A DNA stretch of 63,092 nt, the filler included, from Globobulimina sp. (taxonomy: Eukaryota): NCBI GenBank assembly GCA_003354225.1. It is 43 parts of 43 records of this genome, joined end to end, with 100 filler letters (N's around TTAATTAATTAA, not from the genome) between each part and the next. Parts side by side here need not be neighbours in the genome. Positions count along the whole stretch, not along the records: positions 11,766 to 13,135 come from PIVH01017792.1; positions 13,236 to 14,605 come from PIVH01017793.1; positions 14,706 to 16,075 come from PIVH01017794.1; positions 16,176 to 17,545 come from PIVH01017795.1; positions 17,646 to 19,015 come from PIVH01017796.1; positions 19,116 to 20,485 come from PIVH01017797.1; positions 20,586 to 21,955 come from PIVH01017798.1; positions 22,056 to 23,425 come from PIVH01017799.1; 35 more parts are not named here. One strand, written 5' to 3'. The notes under the pieces are model-generated. The model did no database searches and had not been told where the DNA came from. It saw only the letters and a program-made list of their open reading frames with translations. This document shows positions 11,766 to 23,641 of the stretch, piece by piece. The stretch's first letter is position 1. Every line of letters starts with the position of its first letter. Both the position numbers and the translations under genes were made by a program.

Positions 11766-13082
11766 TCTTCAGAAAAAATCATTTGAATTGTTTCCGGAGC
11801 AGAGCTATCATTGCTGCTCCCACACTGCTTCATGGCTGCTACTATAATTTTTTGTTTTTGCTGTTGTTTGTGTCTCCGGTACAGTACAACCAGCAAAAAA
11901 CAACATATAACGATAAAAATAGCTACGATAATTACTAGTATTTGATTTGTAGCTGTAACGGTTTTTGTTTTTGATGAAAGCGAAGTTGTTTTTGTCGGAG
12001 ATGCGGTGGGATTTTCTGTTAAGCAATAATTAATTGGTTATCATAATAAGTTAGAAAAAGGATGAAAATAAACCTGTAGTTGGTTGTGCTGTTGTTGGTG
12101 GAGATGTTGTCGGTGCAGCTGATCGATAAATATGTACATGTTTTTATAATGGGTATAAATGGGTATTTAAAGTATAATACATAACAAACCTGTTGGTTGA
12201 GATGTTGTGGGTGATGTTGTAATTGGAGCTATGGTCGGAAGTCGACTCGGAGCAGATGTTATTGGTGATGTCGATGGATAATTGGTTGGATTTCCAGTGG
12301 GTGATTTTGATGGATTTTTAGTTGGTGAAGTTGATGGATAATTGGTTGGATTTTTAGTTGGTGATGTCGATGGATAATTGGTTGGATTTTTAGTGGGTGA
12401 TTGTGTTGGCAATGTTATATAAAACGTTTTAAATCGAACTCTTGCGCCATACACATATAAACCAACAGAACCAGAAGCAAATGAGGTACCAGATCCATTA
12501 TGAATATATACGCCATTCAAATATATATCCCATGAACTGCCAGCTACTACAACTTGCAATGTATAGTCTGTGCCTATGGCAATAGTTTCATTTACATAAG
12601 AAACCAACGTCATTAAATTATCATACTCAACGTTGTTATAATGATTACCTATTCTATTCTTACCGTAGTCAGCTAGAAGCGCATAAAATTCGCCACTATA
12701 CCAAGCATTGCCTATAGAGTTTACTCGGAACATTATACCAACGTATGAAGTGATCTCAGCTTGAACTATTTGAAATTTTGATTCAATTTTATAATCAGTC
12801 CATGAAAGAGTGGATGCGTCAGCACCGAGCCATATGACTGCACCCCATGGGTCGGCGTCATCTAGATTTGGAATGATGTAATAAACATTTCCGAGCAGAT
12901 ATTAAATACAATTGTGAACATAAGTGCAAACCTTGAGAGTCGACCTCACAATTTGGTTGTTGAGTCCATGAGCCAGGGTCATTTTCTGTGAATTTGGTGT
13001 CGAAGTCGCATAGATAGTTATATTGACTCAGACATGTGTTGGTTACAAGTAATAGCACAACCACTTTTTGTAAGGTTGACAT
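11766..13082 (-). CDS. Type I surface protein: signal peptide, ConA/DUF1080-like beta-sandwich, PT/mucin repeats, TM helix; introns 12862-12931, 12119-12189, 12016-12073
   Basis: Three frame-consistent GT-AG introns; WTDYKIE...GIMFRV...SGSVGLY; (SPTKNPTNYPST)x3; ILVIIVAIFIVICCFLLVVLY followed by RRHK. Confidence 0.8.
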
Positions 13083-13799
13083 GCTCTTTTACTACTTCAG
13101 TTTTTCGTCTCTCTCATCATCACTCATTTCAAAGTNNNNNNNNNNNNNNNNNNNNNNNNNNNNNNNNNNNNNNNNNNNNTTAATTAATTAANNNNNNNNN
13201 NNNNNNNNNNNNNNNNNNNNNNNNNNNNNNNNNNNATAATACTAATGACATTTACAAGCAGAACTGAGGCCATGAGTGTACTTGTTGAGTTAGGAATGAA
13301 TAGAGTGGAGTTGATATAACTTGTTTCTGATATATCAATGGGGCACTTCTGACCTTATATGGTACCTGTACTATATATGGAACTGATACCATATATGGTA
13401 CCCTTTCAAATTCGTCATTTAGGGGTCAAAATCTTAATTAAATTATTGTTCGATTCTCATTAATAATCGATTAAAAATCGATAATTTTCGATATATTCTA
13501 AACGTTATTGACAGACATCGATACCTGTATCAGATCAGGGAATACCATATATACACTACAAAGTGATACGGTTACTTAGAAAAAAGTACTCGAAGAGCAA
13601 AAAGACATAATATGATGTTTAAAAAGTTTCAGCCACATCGGTTACTTGTCCGAGTTATGGACGAAAAGCCAATAATAAGTTAGTAATTAGGTCACTTCCG
13701 GTCGGTTTTGAGAAATGCTGCTTGTGTGGAATGAATTCCTCGTATCCTAAAACTCTGGGTAAGAGTTGGTTTTAGCCAAACAAAAATTTTAACAATATT

Positions 13800-14580
13800 T
13801 CTACAGTATGACATAGGGTGGCCGCAATATTACTTTAATAAGAAAAGTGCCTGTATCAGGGCAATCATAAGTTTTGGAGAAAAATAGATCAACTCAATGG
13901 TTTTCTGGATGTTTCTTGTCTCTAGTTTGACTGTCAAAAAACTAAACATCAAATATAGTTAGTACAGTATACACTGCTACACTACAGTACCCAGTATGAC
14001 CAAAACTACTGTAACCAATCGATAAAATGGGGTTGTACTTTTATTTTCTATTAGCTAAAGTATCTATTAGCAGTTTATAGCACGTTTTATTACGTAAACT
14101 GTATGATCAGTCATGCGAAAGGTGAAATTTCTCTACAATAAGGGGTGGCCGCAATATTATTTTGGGTAAAAAAGTCCCTGTATCAGGGTAACCATAAATT
14201 TTAGCGAAAAACCGACCAGCTCAATGGTTTTCTAGTCGTCTCTTACCCCTAATCGAAATGTCAAAGGTTTAAAAAGACGACATTTGGTAATTCGATTGTC
14301 CCAAAAAATGAGTATGACTTCCTGTTTTGAGGGGCGTTTAGTTCCTTTGAGGCTGTATGCCAAATAAAGATTAAAATTGGTACTCTGTCCTATGTTTGGT
14401 AATTTTTCTCACATTCTACCAAACTTTTTTTAGTTTTTAATGATTGAATTAGGGTAAACGAATAGTGAGGAAAACGATAAGCTTGTCTATTTTTGTCAAA
14501 ATTGTATGGTTGCCGAAATATAGGTACATTTTTGAAAAAAAATAATATTGCGGCCGCCCTATGACTGTCATAGTAGAAAA
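13800..14580. repeat. Non-coding dispersed repeat or non-autonomous transposon with direct and inverted modules
   Basis: ~120-bp module beginning GGGTGGCCGCAATATT at ~13816 and ~14143; inverted copy of the head at ~14544-14563. Confidence 0.6.
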
Positions 14581-14705
14581 ACAAAATTGGCTGTGAACAG
14601 ACAATNNNNNNNNNNNNNNNNNNNNNNNNNNNNNNNNNNNNNNNNNNNNTTAATTAATTAANNNNNNNNNNNNNNNNNNNNNNNNNNNNNNNNNNNNNNN
14701 NNNNN

Positions 14706-16075
14706 AGGTGCCATGTTGTGCAGTCACGACGACACGAATCTTGTCTCCACTGTGAACACAAACAAGCACTTTTTAAAAAAACTTGATAACAAAGCCCGTA
14801 TTCTAAACACACTGGATTTCAATCACGATTTCATATCACTCGATGACAAAATACGTATTCTTAAAACTTTCTATCTTGTTTATACAGAGATTTTTGCTCA
14901 GGTGCTTGACAGTGACACGATTAACTTACAAGAGGCAAATCAAAAGCAACTAGACGCGATAAAAAAGCAAACCAATATAAAACACTTCATCCCAGAACAG
15001 CTTTATTTGTGGGCTGGAATCCCCACACCATTCGAACGATGGGTCTCCTTAAAATTGGTATTTTACTGGAAATTATTGAGAATGCCAAATGTCTCTTTGA
15101 TGCATAAATGGGCTCAACTGCCGCACATAAACCATCATAAACTATATAAACAATATGCAGCATTGAAAAGAGAATGGTTACCGGCGATGAGCCAAGTGGT
15201 CCAGAATGATGTCCATATAGTTGATCCGTTTGATATTGTCGCTGAACCGCATGAACTGCGCCCAATTGTAATAAAAGCACAGCATAACCAAATCCTCAAC
15301 AAACTTAACAAATATCATCCATTAAAAATATTAAATCATTGTTCCTGTGACTATAAACCGATGAATATGTACGAAAAAAATGAATTAGAGGATTATGTGA
15401 AAGCGCCGATGATTGAGACATATCGCGAATTGTTCTATAACTTTGGCCAAAAATATCCATACTGCCAATTATGTCATAACGATATTAATAAACCTCTCGA
15501 ATTACATCTAGCAGTCCTATGTCCTGTATTGGATGATCTGCGCCAAGCTTATTGGTATCACGCCAGCTTTATGTTTGCCAAAAGTGGCTCGGCGATAAAC
15601 AAAATCCATAACCAACTATATATGCAACGGCTGATAGAGCTATGCAAAAATGTCAATATCCATAGATCCCAATTTTGGAAATTAATCTGTGGTGTAAACA
15701 TATACAATAATGATACCAATGAATTCATCTATAAACACCGTCCAATAAACATAAATGTCACCAAATACACATTGTACAGACAACTCATATCGCAGACACA
15801 TCGTTGGATGCACAATATTTACCTCCTACACCAAAATAAACTCAATCTGCAAAGAATGCGTAATAAACACATAACTATGCCCAGTAAAATGCCATTGTAC
15901 CATACTCGCAATAACAACATAACAGAATGGCACAACAATAAGCACCGACTCCGCCCAGATGACCTTATAATAGCGACTGACTCCTCGCATGACCCACACA
16001 CAAATACCACAGGAATTGGCATATTCATATTAGACCGTGACACAATCCATTGCTTTGCACAGCCTCTTGGTGCCC
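14706..16075 (+). mobile_element. Non-LTR retrotransposon pol fragment: post-RT region, zinc finger, start of RNase H
   Basis: SLDDKIRILKTFY (thumb-like), CQLC-x10-H-x4-C then LDDLR, and LIIATDSS...TGIGIFI (RNase H first strands). Confidence 0.7.
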
Positions 16076-16175
16076 NNNNNNNNNNNNNNNNNNNNNNNNN
16101 NNNNNNNNNNNNNNNNNNNTTAATTAATTAANNNNNNNNNNNNNNNNNNNNNNNNNNNNNNNNNNNNNNNNNNNN

Positions 16176-16420
16176 AATTGTTTTGGTTTGACTTTTCTTG
16201 ATTGAATAATTGTTGATATTATGGAATTAATATTATTTAAATTATCAGTATTAGGATTTGTAATAGATGGCGGATTAATAAAATGATTAAATAATGTCGT
16301 TGAAATTAAATCGGAATGATTTATATCAGATATTTTACCAATAAACTGTAAAAGCTCGTGTGGTGATGATTGTTTGATGAGTGATTCAAAAATTATTGCC
16401 CTTGCAAGTCACGTCGACAT
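16176..16420 (-). CDS. N-terminal fragment of a hypothetical protein with in-frame TGA at codon 4 (absent from the ORF track)
   Basis: ATG TCG ACG TGA CTT GCA AGG...: MST*LARAIIFESLIKQ...IISTIIQSRKVKPKQ, open to the contig end. Confidence 0.55.
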
Positions 16421-16492
16421 GTTTATATTAATGTTTATGCACAACTCTTGAGAAAGTTTTTAGTTTAATGATGGTAGCTTTAACTAATTAAT

Positions 16493-17545
16493 ATGAATCA
16501 GAAAGTATATGTAATTGGTGCAAATGCTCATGGTGAATGTGGTGTGGATGGTGCACACAATTTATCGATGTTAACAGATTTTAATTCAGCAAATCCCAAT
16601 TTAACATCAAGCATCAAACACATTTTCAATGGCAATGGTTATACCATTTATTACGATAACAACAACAATTTATACACATCAGGTGATAATAAACATTATT
16701 CCTGCTGCGTTAATGAAAAAATTGAGCATCTAACAACATTGAAACGAATTGATTATTTTGAGGAAAAAGCAGAAATTGACAACAATAAAAAAAAAGAGAA
16801 AAAGAAATCAAAGAAAAGAAAAAAGAAAAAAAGAAAAGCTGAGAGACAGAGTGAAACAGCAAAACCTATAAAAATAAAGAAAATATGCGTCTCAGTTTCA
16901 GGCTATTGTTCATTTTTTGTGTCAGAACAAAATATAGTTTATGGCAATGGAAATAATCGAAAATATCAGTTAGGATTTGACAGCAAAGAAAGCGAATGGT
17001 GGGAGAATGGATTTAAATTTAAATGCGAACCAAAAGAGATAAAGTCAATTGTTAAAAACTTAATTGATATCAAAACAGCATCCAATTACAGTCTAGCTTT
17101 GCGAATGAGCGACAAAGGCATAATGTTTCTATATTGCAATAGAAGTAAATATGCGACGGGTCTGCAACTTCATGATGACGTATTGCAATTAATTATAGCT
17201 TATGTTGGTAAATTAACTGACATGGATTGTGCTGTGTATGTGGTAGGTAATGGCCGTTCTAAGTGGAGACCTGTTAAGCAATTTAGACGTAGAGATATGG
17301 TTAAAATTGGTTGTGGAGGTTTGTCATAATTACAAATGAATATATTTCTGTTGAGAACTCATTGGCATATTTCTTGTAATTATATAGTTGGACATTCATT
17401 GGCTTTGGAATCGAATGGAATGTTATGGAGTTGGGGGAATAACAGATATTTACAATGCGGTGCAGTATGGTCGTGGCGCGGTGATCCTGCATTGAAATGT
17501 ATTAAAGCACCGACGGAGATTGCATATTTTAAAGAGAATAATATT
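16493..17545 (+). CDS. RCC1/BLIP-II repeat protein; intron 17319-17387
   Basis: VYVIGANAHGECG, VYGNGNNRKYQLG; spliced IGCGVGHSLALESNGMLWSWGNNRYLQCG. Confidence 0.88.
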
Positions 17546-17881
17546 NNNNNNNNNNNNNNNNNNNNNNNNNNNNNNNNNNNNNNNNNNNNTTAATTAATTA
17601 ANNNNNNNNNNNNNNNNNNNNNNNNNNNNNNNNNNNNNNNNNNNNTGTTTTGTTTTTTCACTCGAAACGGCACAAAAATACGTGCTCGAACAACAACTTA
17701 ATAAATAATCAATAGGATCGTCACACAACAATGGCACAAAATATTTGTCATACAACAATCAAAGGAATGCAAACCCACAAACAAAATAACAACAAAACAT
17801 AACATATACTTACTTTCGCACAAAAACTAACACTAAAACAGTGAAAATATACACAACTAAATTAATAAAACAGTGATGAGG

Positions 17882-19015
17882 TTAATGGTAATCATTAAAA
17901 TAAAAATGAGGCGCATAATGTTCTAATATTGCAATTGCATTTTCTTTTTGTAATTTCGCCAATAATTTGCGATAAACATAACATTTTTGCTGATCTTTAT
18001 CTAGTTTCTTATTTTGACATTTTAAATCAATAATGTAATTAAGTGTTTTTCTGCTTTCGTAATTCATACCGCCCATAGATTCAAACACCAATGGTTTGTA
18101 TTTGTAGCTCAGATGATCATTATTGATGATCTCCTGATATTTTCTTGTTTTGGTGGCATAGTACAGATCAGCACAAACTAACCTGTTCTCTGCACACTTC
18201 TTGAGTTTCAATAATCTGTTTGCTGTGTCCAATTCGCAGATATTATTTGTAATTCCCACATCGATGGCACAGTCTTTGTCCGGAAATAGACCATAAACCA
18301 TAATGTCCGCAGGTCGCTTACAAGTGTCTTGAATCAATCCGTTTAGTTCCAAATCACAATTAAATCCTGCTCCTTCACATATATTCATCACTTGTTTTGC
18401 GATCGCGTTGTGTCTGCCATGTCTGCCGTGTCCGAACGCACAATTTAGGCCATGGTCTCCGTATATATCTAACTCGGCTGTACATAGCAAACATTGTGAT
18501 TTTCTAGGCATAATAGGCATATTTAGTCGCCTTTTCATCAATAACTGGAATTCGATATTATCGAAATCTACGCCAAAGCCAACCGAAGGATTGACTTTTA
18601 GCCAGGAATCGCATTTCCAATTTGATACGGCTTTCAATAATGCTCTGCCGCGTTCGTCATAGATTTGATATAATTCGCTTAGTAATGATTTGTCGATTCG
18701 ATCAATTAAATCCGATTGTTTGTACATCAAATTATCTCTTAAATTAATTTGGAAACGAGGTAGGACTTTGTTATTAAAATCATTTATTGCTAATTCCAAG
18801 ATGTTTGAGGCATAATTGTTTGTATAATGAATCAAAGCTGGCTCTAATAATAAAGACAAAACTTTTGCTGTATTTGTATTGGAAGAAATGAAGGCCGCGC
18901 TTTGGATTTGTTTAATTGTGCGCATGCTTACACCACCTCGTTTGCACGAAATACTTGCATGTTTTACATTTATTTTCGACATATTTTGACCCAATAAATT
19001 ATTATAAATACCCAT
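17882..19015 (-). mobile_element. CRE-clade-like non-LTR retrotransposon C-terminus (zinc knuckle plus restriction-like endonuclease)
   Basis: C-x2-C...DHGLNC, RHN, RPADI...AIDV, KTRKY, PLVFESMGG. Confidence 0.85.
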
Positions 19016-19430
19016 NNNNNNNNNNNNNNNNNNNNNNNNNNNNNNNNNNNNNNNNNNNNTTAATTAATTAANNNNNNNNNNNNNNNNNNNNNNNNNNNNN
19101 NNNNNNNNNNNNNNNGCCCCCAAGGCCAAAAACTGTGTTTTCGGAAACACGTTTCTTGCCAAGAAAAAGTAAACAAATTGAATACATATTTTTATTCCAA
19201 AAAATGACCAGACAGTGAATTTGGTATCATCAAAATAATAGAAACTAATATATGTTTTCGGATTTTTGATTGGTTTCATGGGAGAAAAAAAAATGTTTAA
19301 TAAGTGCTTGTTTTATTAATATGATTGTGATATTTGTATTTGTGTTTTTTATTAGTTCTGTTGTTTTTGTAAAAAAAAGTAAAATTAAAAACTAACAAAA
19401 CTTCACCCCAACTTTCATCTCCTTACTAAA

Positions 19431-19937
19431 ATGTCCGAGCAAAAAAAGCAGGCACCAGAGGCAGCAGAAGGTTTCCAAGACGAAAAAGAGCAGAAATCAT
19501 TGGTGGATTACGCCAAATTACAAGTGAAGAATGTAGATTTACGCTTGGAATTAGCAAACCAAGATGAAAAAATATATTCGATGCATGAAGAAATTTGTGG
19601 TTTAGAAGATGACCGAGATAAATTAGAAGAAAAATTACAAAGATGGAAATTAAAACAATTGGATGAGGCATTTATGGCGAATTGCGATTTGGATGAATTT
19701 GAAAAACAAATCGCAATGGCTTTGGATGGTAATGCGAAGAAAATTGATGATTTGAAATCGAGATTGGTGCAGATGACTGGCACAAATCGGGTGAATCGTA
19801 GATGGCGTATTGTGAGAGGTGCGGCATATTTTCGTGTGAAGGAGGAGTTGGAGGCTGCGAAAGCCAAAGCCGCCAATAATAGCACTGGCAAAGTGCAAAA
19901 CATTGGTGATATTCAAACGTATAATGAATATCATTGA
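19431..19937 (+). CDS. Small coiled-coil protein
   Basis: ATG-to-stop ORF with E/K/L heptads, flanked by AT-rich UTR-like DNA. Confidence 0.6.
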   Translation: MSEQKKQAPEAAEGFQDEKEQKSLVDYAKLQVKNVDLRLELANQDEKIYSMHEEICGLEDDRDKLEEKLQRWKLKQLDEAFMANCDLDEFEKQIAMALDGNAKKIDDLKSRLVQMTGTNRVNRRWRIVRGAAYFRVKEELEAAKAKAANNSTGKVQNIGDIQTYNEYH

Positions 19938-20283
19938 TTTTATAATAATATCTTTAAAAATAATAATAATACAATACTAAAATTCTATTGATGTTTGTTT
20001 GTTTGTTTTTGTTTTTCTTTTTCTAATACAATATTAATATAATTATTATGTGGATGTTTCTTTGTTTTTGAATGCATTTTTAATTGAATCATTGCCAATA
20101 TTTCAATTTGGTTGACATCCGAAATAACGTTGTTGATATATCCAGATTCTTGTTATACATTTATTATTTAGTAACGTTTATGCTTTTTAGTGCTTTAGGG
20201 GACAGTTTCAGTGTTAAGATAAAAGTTAAGAATAAAAAAAAACACTGTAAAGTCTTTACTTGCTTTCATCAGAACATGTCAAC

Positions 20284-20485
20284 ATGAAGAGGTTGACGAT
20301 AGTCCTCATAGTCTGCATAGCCATCACAACACAGTCAATTCCACAATTAAAAGCATGAAAATTCCCATTGCCTACATTCAATCAACTGATTGTAGTCAAA
20401 CCATATAATGATACTATCCCAAAATATATCATTAGCGAATGTGCAAATTGGTCAATGTTTGATTTATTAGATGCCGATATCGCAT
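20284..20485 (+). CDS. Secreted protein N-terminus with in-frame TGA at 20356-20358 (absent from the ORF track)
   Basis: MKRLTIVLIVCIAITTQS (signal peptide) then IPQLKA*KFPLPTFNQLIVVKPYNDTIPKY..., open to the contig end. Confidence 0.55.
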
Positions 20486-20585
20486 NNNNNNNNNNNNNNN
20501 NNNNNNNNNNNNNNNNNNNNNNNNNNNNNTTAATTAATTAANNNNNNNNNNNNNNNNNNNNNNNNNNNNNNNNNNNNNNNNNNNN

Positions 20586-21919
20586 CACAGTCGCCGATTT
20601 AAAACAATATGCGCGCTGTCTACACCCCACCACCATTGTAAACCGTATCCTCTTTGCCGGTAAAATGTTGAAAGACGAAAACAAAGCCTTATCAGAATGG
20701 GGCGTCTATAAAGAATGCACCGTCCAATTAATGTTAAAAAAGGCGCAATCCGCCTCTGATATGATGGACCAATTCACCATCAAAATGATCCGCGAACGCA
20801 GATTAAAACGACAACACACTGAGGAAGACATACAATTTGGCGATGCCATCATAATCCGCTTAATCGAAGCACGCAATCTAATGGAGATTGGTATGACTAA
20901 TCCATATGCGGTATTACGCTACGATGGCAATGCTCAAATCCAAAGAGGCTCCGTTCAAAAAAACACCAACAGTCCCTCTTTCAACGAGACCTTTGGCTTT
21001 TTCGTGGAAATGCAAACTGGCCGTCCCAAATCTGAGTACATTCAAATCGGTATATACCATCACGACTTTAGCAGCAAAAAAGAGAAACCAATGGGTACGT
21101 TCCAGTTGAAAGTGGCGGATTTGCCACGCGATAAACAAATCGACCACTTTTGCAAATTGGATTCTGGCACCGGCCAAGTCTTGCTATCCATACGCAGAGC
21201 GCCCATCGTCTCGCCCACGTTGGCCATCACTATGAAAGTTAAGTATTTCCACAAAAATTATATTCGCCCTACGCAAATTCGCAACACACCGACAGAAAAT
21301 GATTGCGTTACAAACGCCATGGACCAAACAGATGTTGAGCCAACACAAAGTGTCCTTGTATCATTTTTTAGGTTCGCAGCCCTGGCAATTAGCCGACATC
21401 GACGAGCAAGCGTGCAATGCCACCAATTCAGTGTTGAAGTACTTATTAGACTCAGTGAGCAAAAACAAAATCAATTTGCAAAACTATCGCAATGTCAATA
21501 AAGTGACCACTATGTTGCGCTCGCAACGCGGCATTGTCACCCCGGACGCGGCCTGTCCTACCTTGTATATCTCGGATATGGCTGCCACCGAAAAGGACCT
21601 CTTCGATTATCTATCCACGGTGGTCCCCAATGGCGTGAAATCTATCTATTATAATGTGCCCAAAGTGAGTTTAAAAGACATTCACGACGCAAGTTCTCTA
21701 CACCGCCAAGCTTACGTCATCATACAATTCAAGAACACGGCCACTGCCATCCGCGCCTTATTGCACATGCTCTGCAACGGCGACCCGAAATTCCAGGCGT
21801 TTGTGGCGTTTGGCCCACCCAAAGAATGCGACAGTTACGGTGTGATCGGAGCGAGTTCGAACAGTTTTATTGAGGGGTTTTTACAGGTCAATGTGACTAA
21901 AAGTATACTGGCGACGTAA
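20586..21919 (+). CDS. Ubiquitin-like + C2 + RRM-like multidomain protein; intron 21238-21295
   Basis: TVADLK...ILFAGKMLKDENKALSEWGV (Ubl); IRLIEARNL...NPYAVL...NSPSFNETFGF (C2); TLYISDM...QAYVIIQFKNTATAIRAL (RRM). Confidence 0.75.
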
Positions 21920-22724
21920 AACGACAAGAACCATTACAACCGCAATGAGTATAAGNNNNNNNNNNNNNNNNNNNNNNNNNNNNNNNNNNNNNNNNNNNNT
22001 TAATTAATTAANNNNNNNNNNNNNNNNNNNNNNNNNNNNNNNNNNNNNNNNNNNNACAAAAAGGAGAATCAGTCAAAGATGTGATTGTGCAACATTTGAG
22101 GAAATATTTTGTGCATAGATGTGAGGACATTGATTTGATGGATGAATTTGAGGCATCATTTGATGAAATGTGTAAAACATATACATTTGCTCTGAAAACA
22201 GATGAAAAGAAAAATTTGAATCATTCGCGGGATACAAGAATGTATGCGGAATTACCACCAAATGCACTTTTGATTATTGAGAAGAAATTATGATTGTTTT
22301 TATTTAATAAAAACATAAAGTCCGTAAAAAATATTTGTTTTAAATACATATTGGCAAACTTCAAATCATATATCATTCGTAGTCCGGCATGGTAGACACT
22401 ATATTGTGTTTGTTCCCATGAGTCTGTGCAACAACAGAACACTGTCATGTTTATATAAACAATAAGAAAGTAAATGTGTATCACCAACTCAACGCTACTG
22501 AGCCTTCATGCTTGAATTTCCTAGGGTTCATTAACTTTCTTTTGGTCAAATTTTGACTACTCTAAGTCAGTGAAAACCTTACAAACAATATTCTTCATCT
22601 GTTAGTTACGAGCAACAAGGAGTTAATGCGTTTGTTTAGAAACATCGTCTCGATTATGAGTATCTAAGCTAGAATGGTGGAAATGTCGGAATAGCTTCAA
22701 TAATATGAGACAGCTGAGACGATT

Positions 22725-23402
22725 ATGATTGATAAACATTCTAAATTTGTTCATAACCAAGCTATTCTGGCAATTCCGAACCTAAAAATACCAATCCAAA
22801 ACACTTTTCTCTCGGTTCTCAACATTTATCCTTTGAAGATGTTGAAAAAAAAGAAAAAAAAAAATGAATTTATCATTAAATTGACTTACTGTATTCATGT
22901 TATTTCAGTTACTGTAGTTGGATTTTATTTTGGGAATATTTTGGATTATTTAGGAATCATTTCAGGTAAAGAAGCAATTGAATATTATGCTGAGGTCCAT
23001 CACTCGAAAGTTAATCGCTTCATCCATACAGTAACAATGCCGTTTGCAGCGTATGCGTTTTTATTAGGATTCCCTGCACTCTTTAGGCTATCCCGTACAA
23101 ATGCAGATATTTCACGTATTTATGTTTATGTCATTTTAACTGTGCACTATGCAACAATTAATTTGTTGGTTGGAATTGTTACATTTGCAGTGTATGCAAT
23201 TCCATTTTATTTCGCACATAAACATTACAAAAACAATGGTTATACCAGAAAGTTCGGACTAATATTTGGTTTTGGGATTATGTTTTTTGCTGAATTCGTT
23301 GGTCATTCATTGTTCGAAAAGACACAAAGTCGACCAGAAGGTGTTCTCAATGCTATTCTATATTCACATTATTTTGCATGTGCTGGCACTTATTTTGGGT
23401 AA
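22725..23402 (+). CDS. Mpo1/DUF962-like membrane dioxygenase family protein (start may be 22839)
   Basis: YYAEVHHSKVNRFIH and EFVGHSLFE His motifs with intervening TM helices. Confidence 0.7.
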   Translation: MIDKHSKFVHNQAILAIPNLKIPIQNTFLSVLNIYPLKMLKKKKKKNEFIIKLTYCIHVISVTVVGFYFGNILDYLGIISGKEAIEYYAEVHHSKVNRFIHTVTMPFAAYAFLLGFPALFRLSRTNADISRIYVYVILTVHYATINLLVGIVTFAVYAIPFYFAHKHYKNNGYTRKFGLIFGFGIMFFAEFVGHSLFEKTQSRPEGVLNAILYSHYFACAGTYFG

Positions 23403-23641
23403 ATTCGTCATGATGGCCCGACGGTNNNNNNNNNNNNNNNNNNNNNNNNNNNNNNNNNNNNNNNNNNNNTTAATTAATTAANNNNNNNNNNNNNNNNNNN
23501 NNNNNNNNNNNNNNNNNNNNNNNNNGTATATCTTAATTTTAGCTTAATCGTTTTTGTTCGTTTCTCAATCCGTTTTTGCATACGGCAATTGAAATTGTTT
23601 GTAGTTATAAGTAAATATAATCTATATACGAAACACAAAAG

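Noticed and set aside
14719-14736. SHDDT as an RT catalytic YADD variant
   Set aside because: The expected downstream RT motifs are absent before the thumb-like region.
19508-19934. Antisense ORFs overlapping real genes (here and many others in the track)
   Set aside because: Shadow frames of coding sequence.
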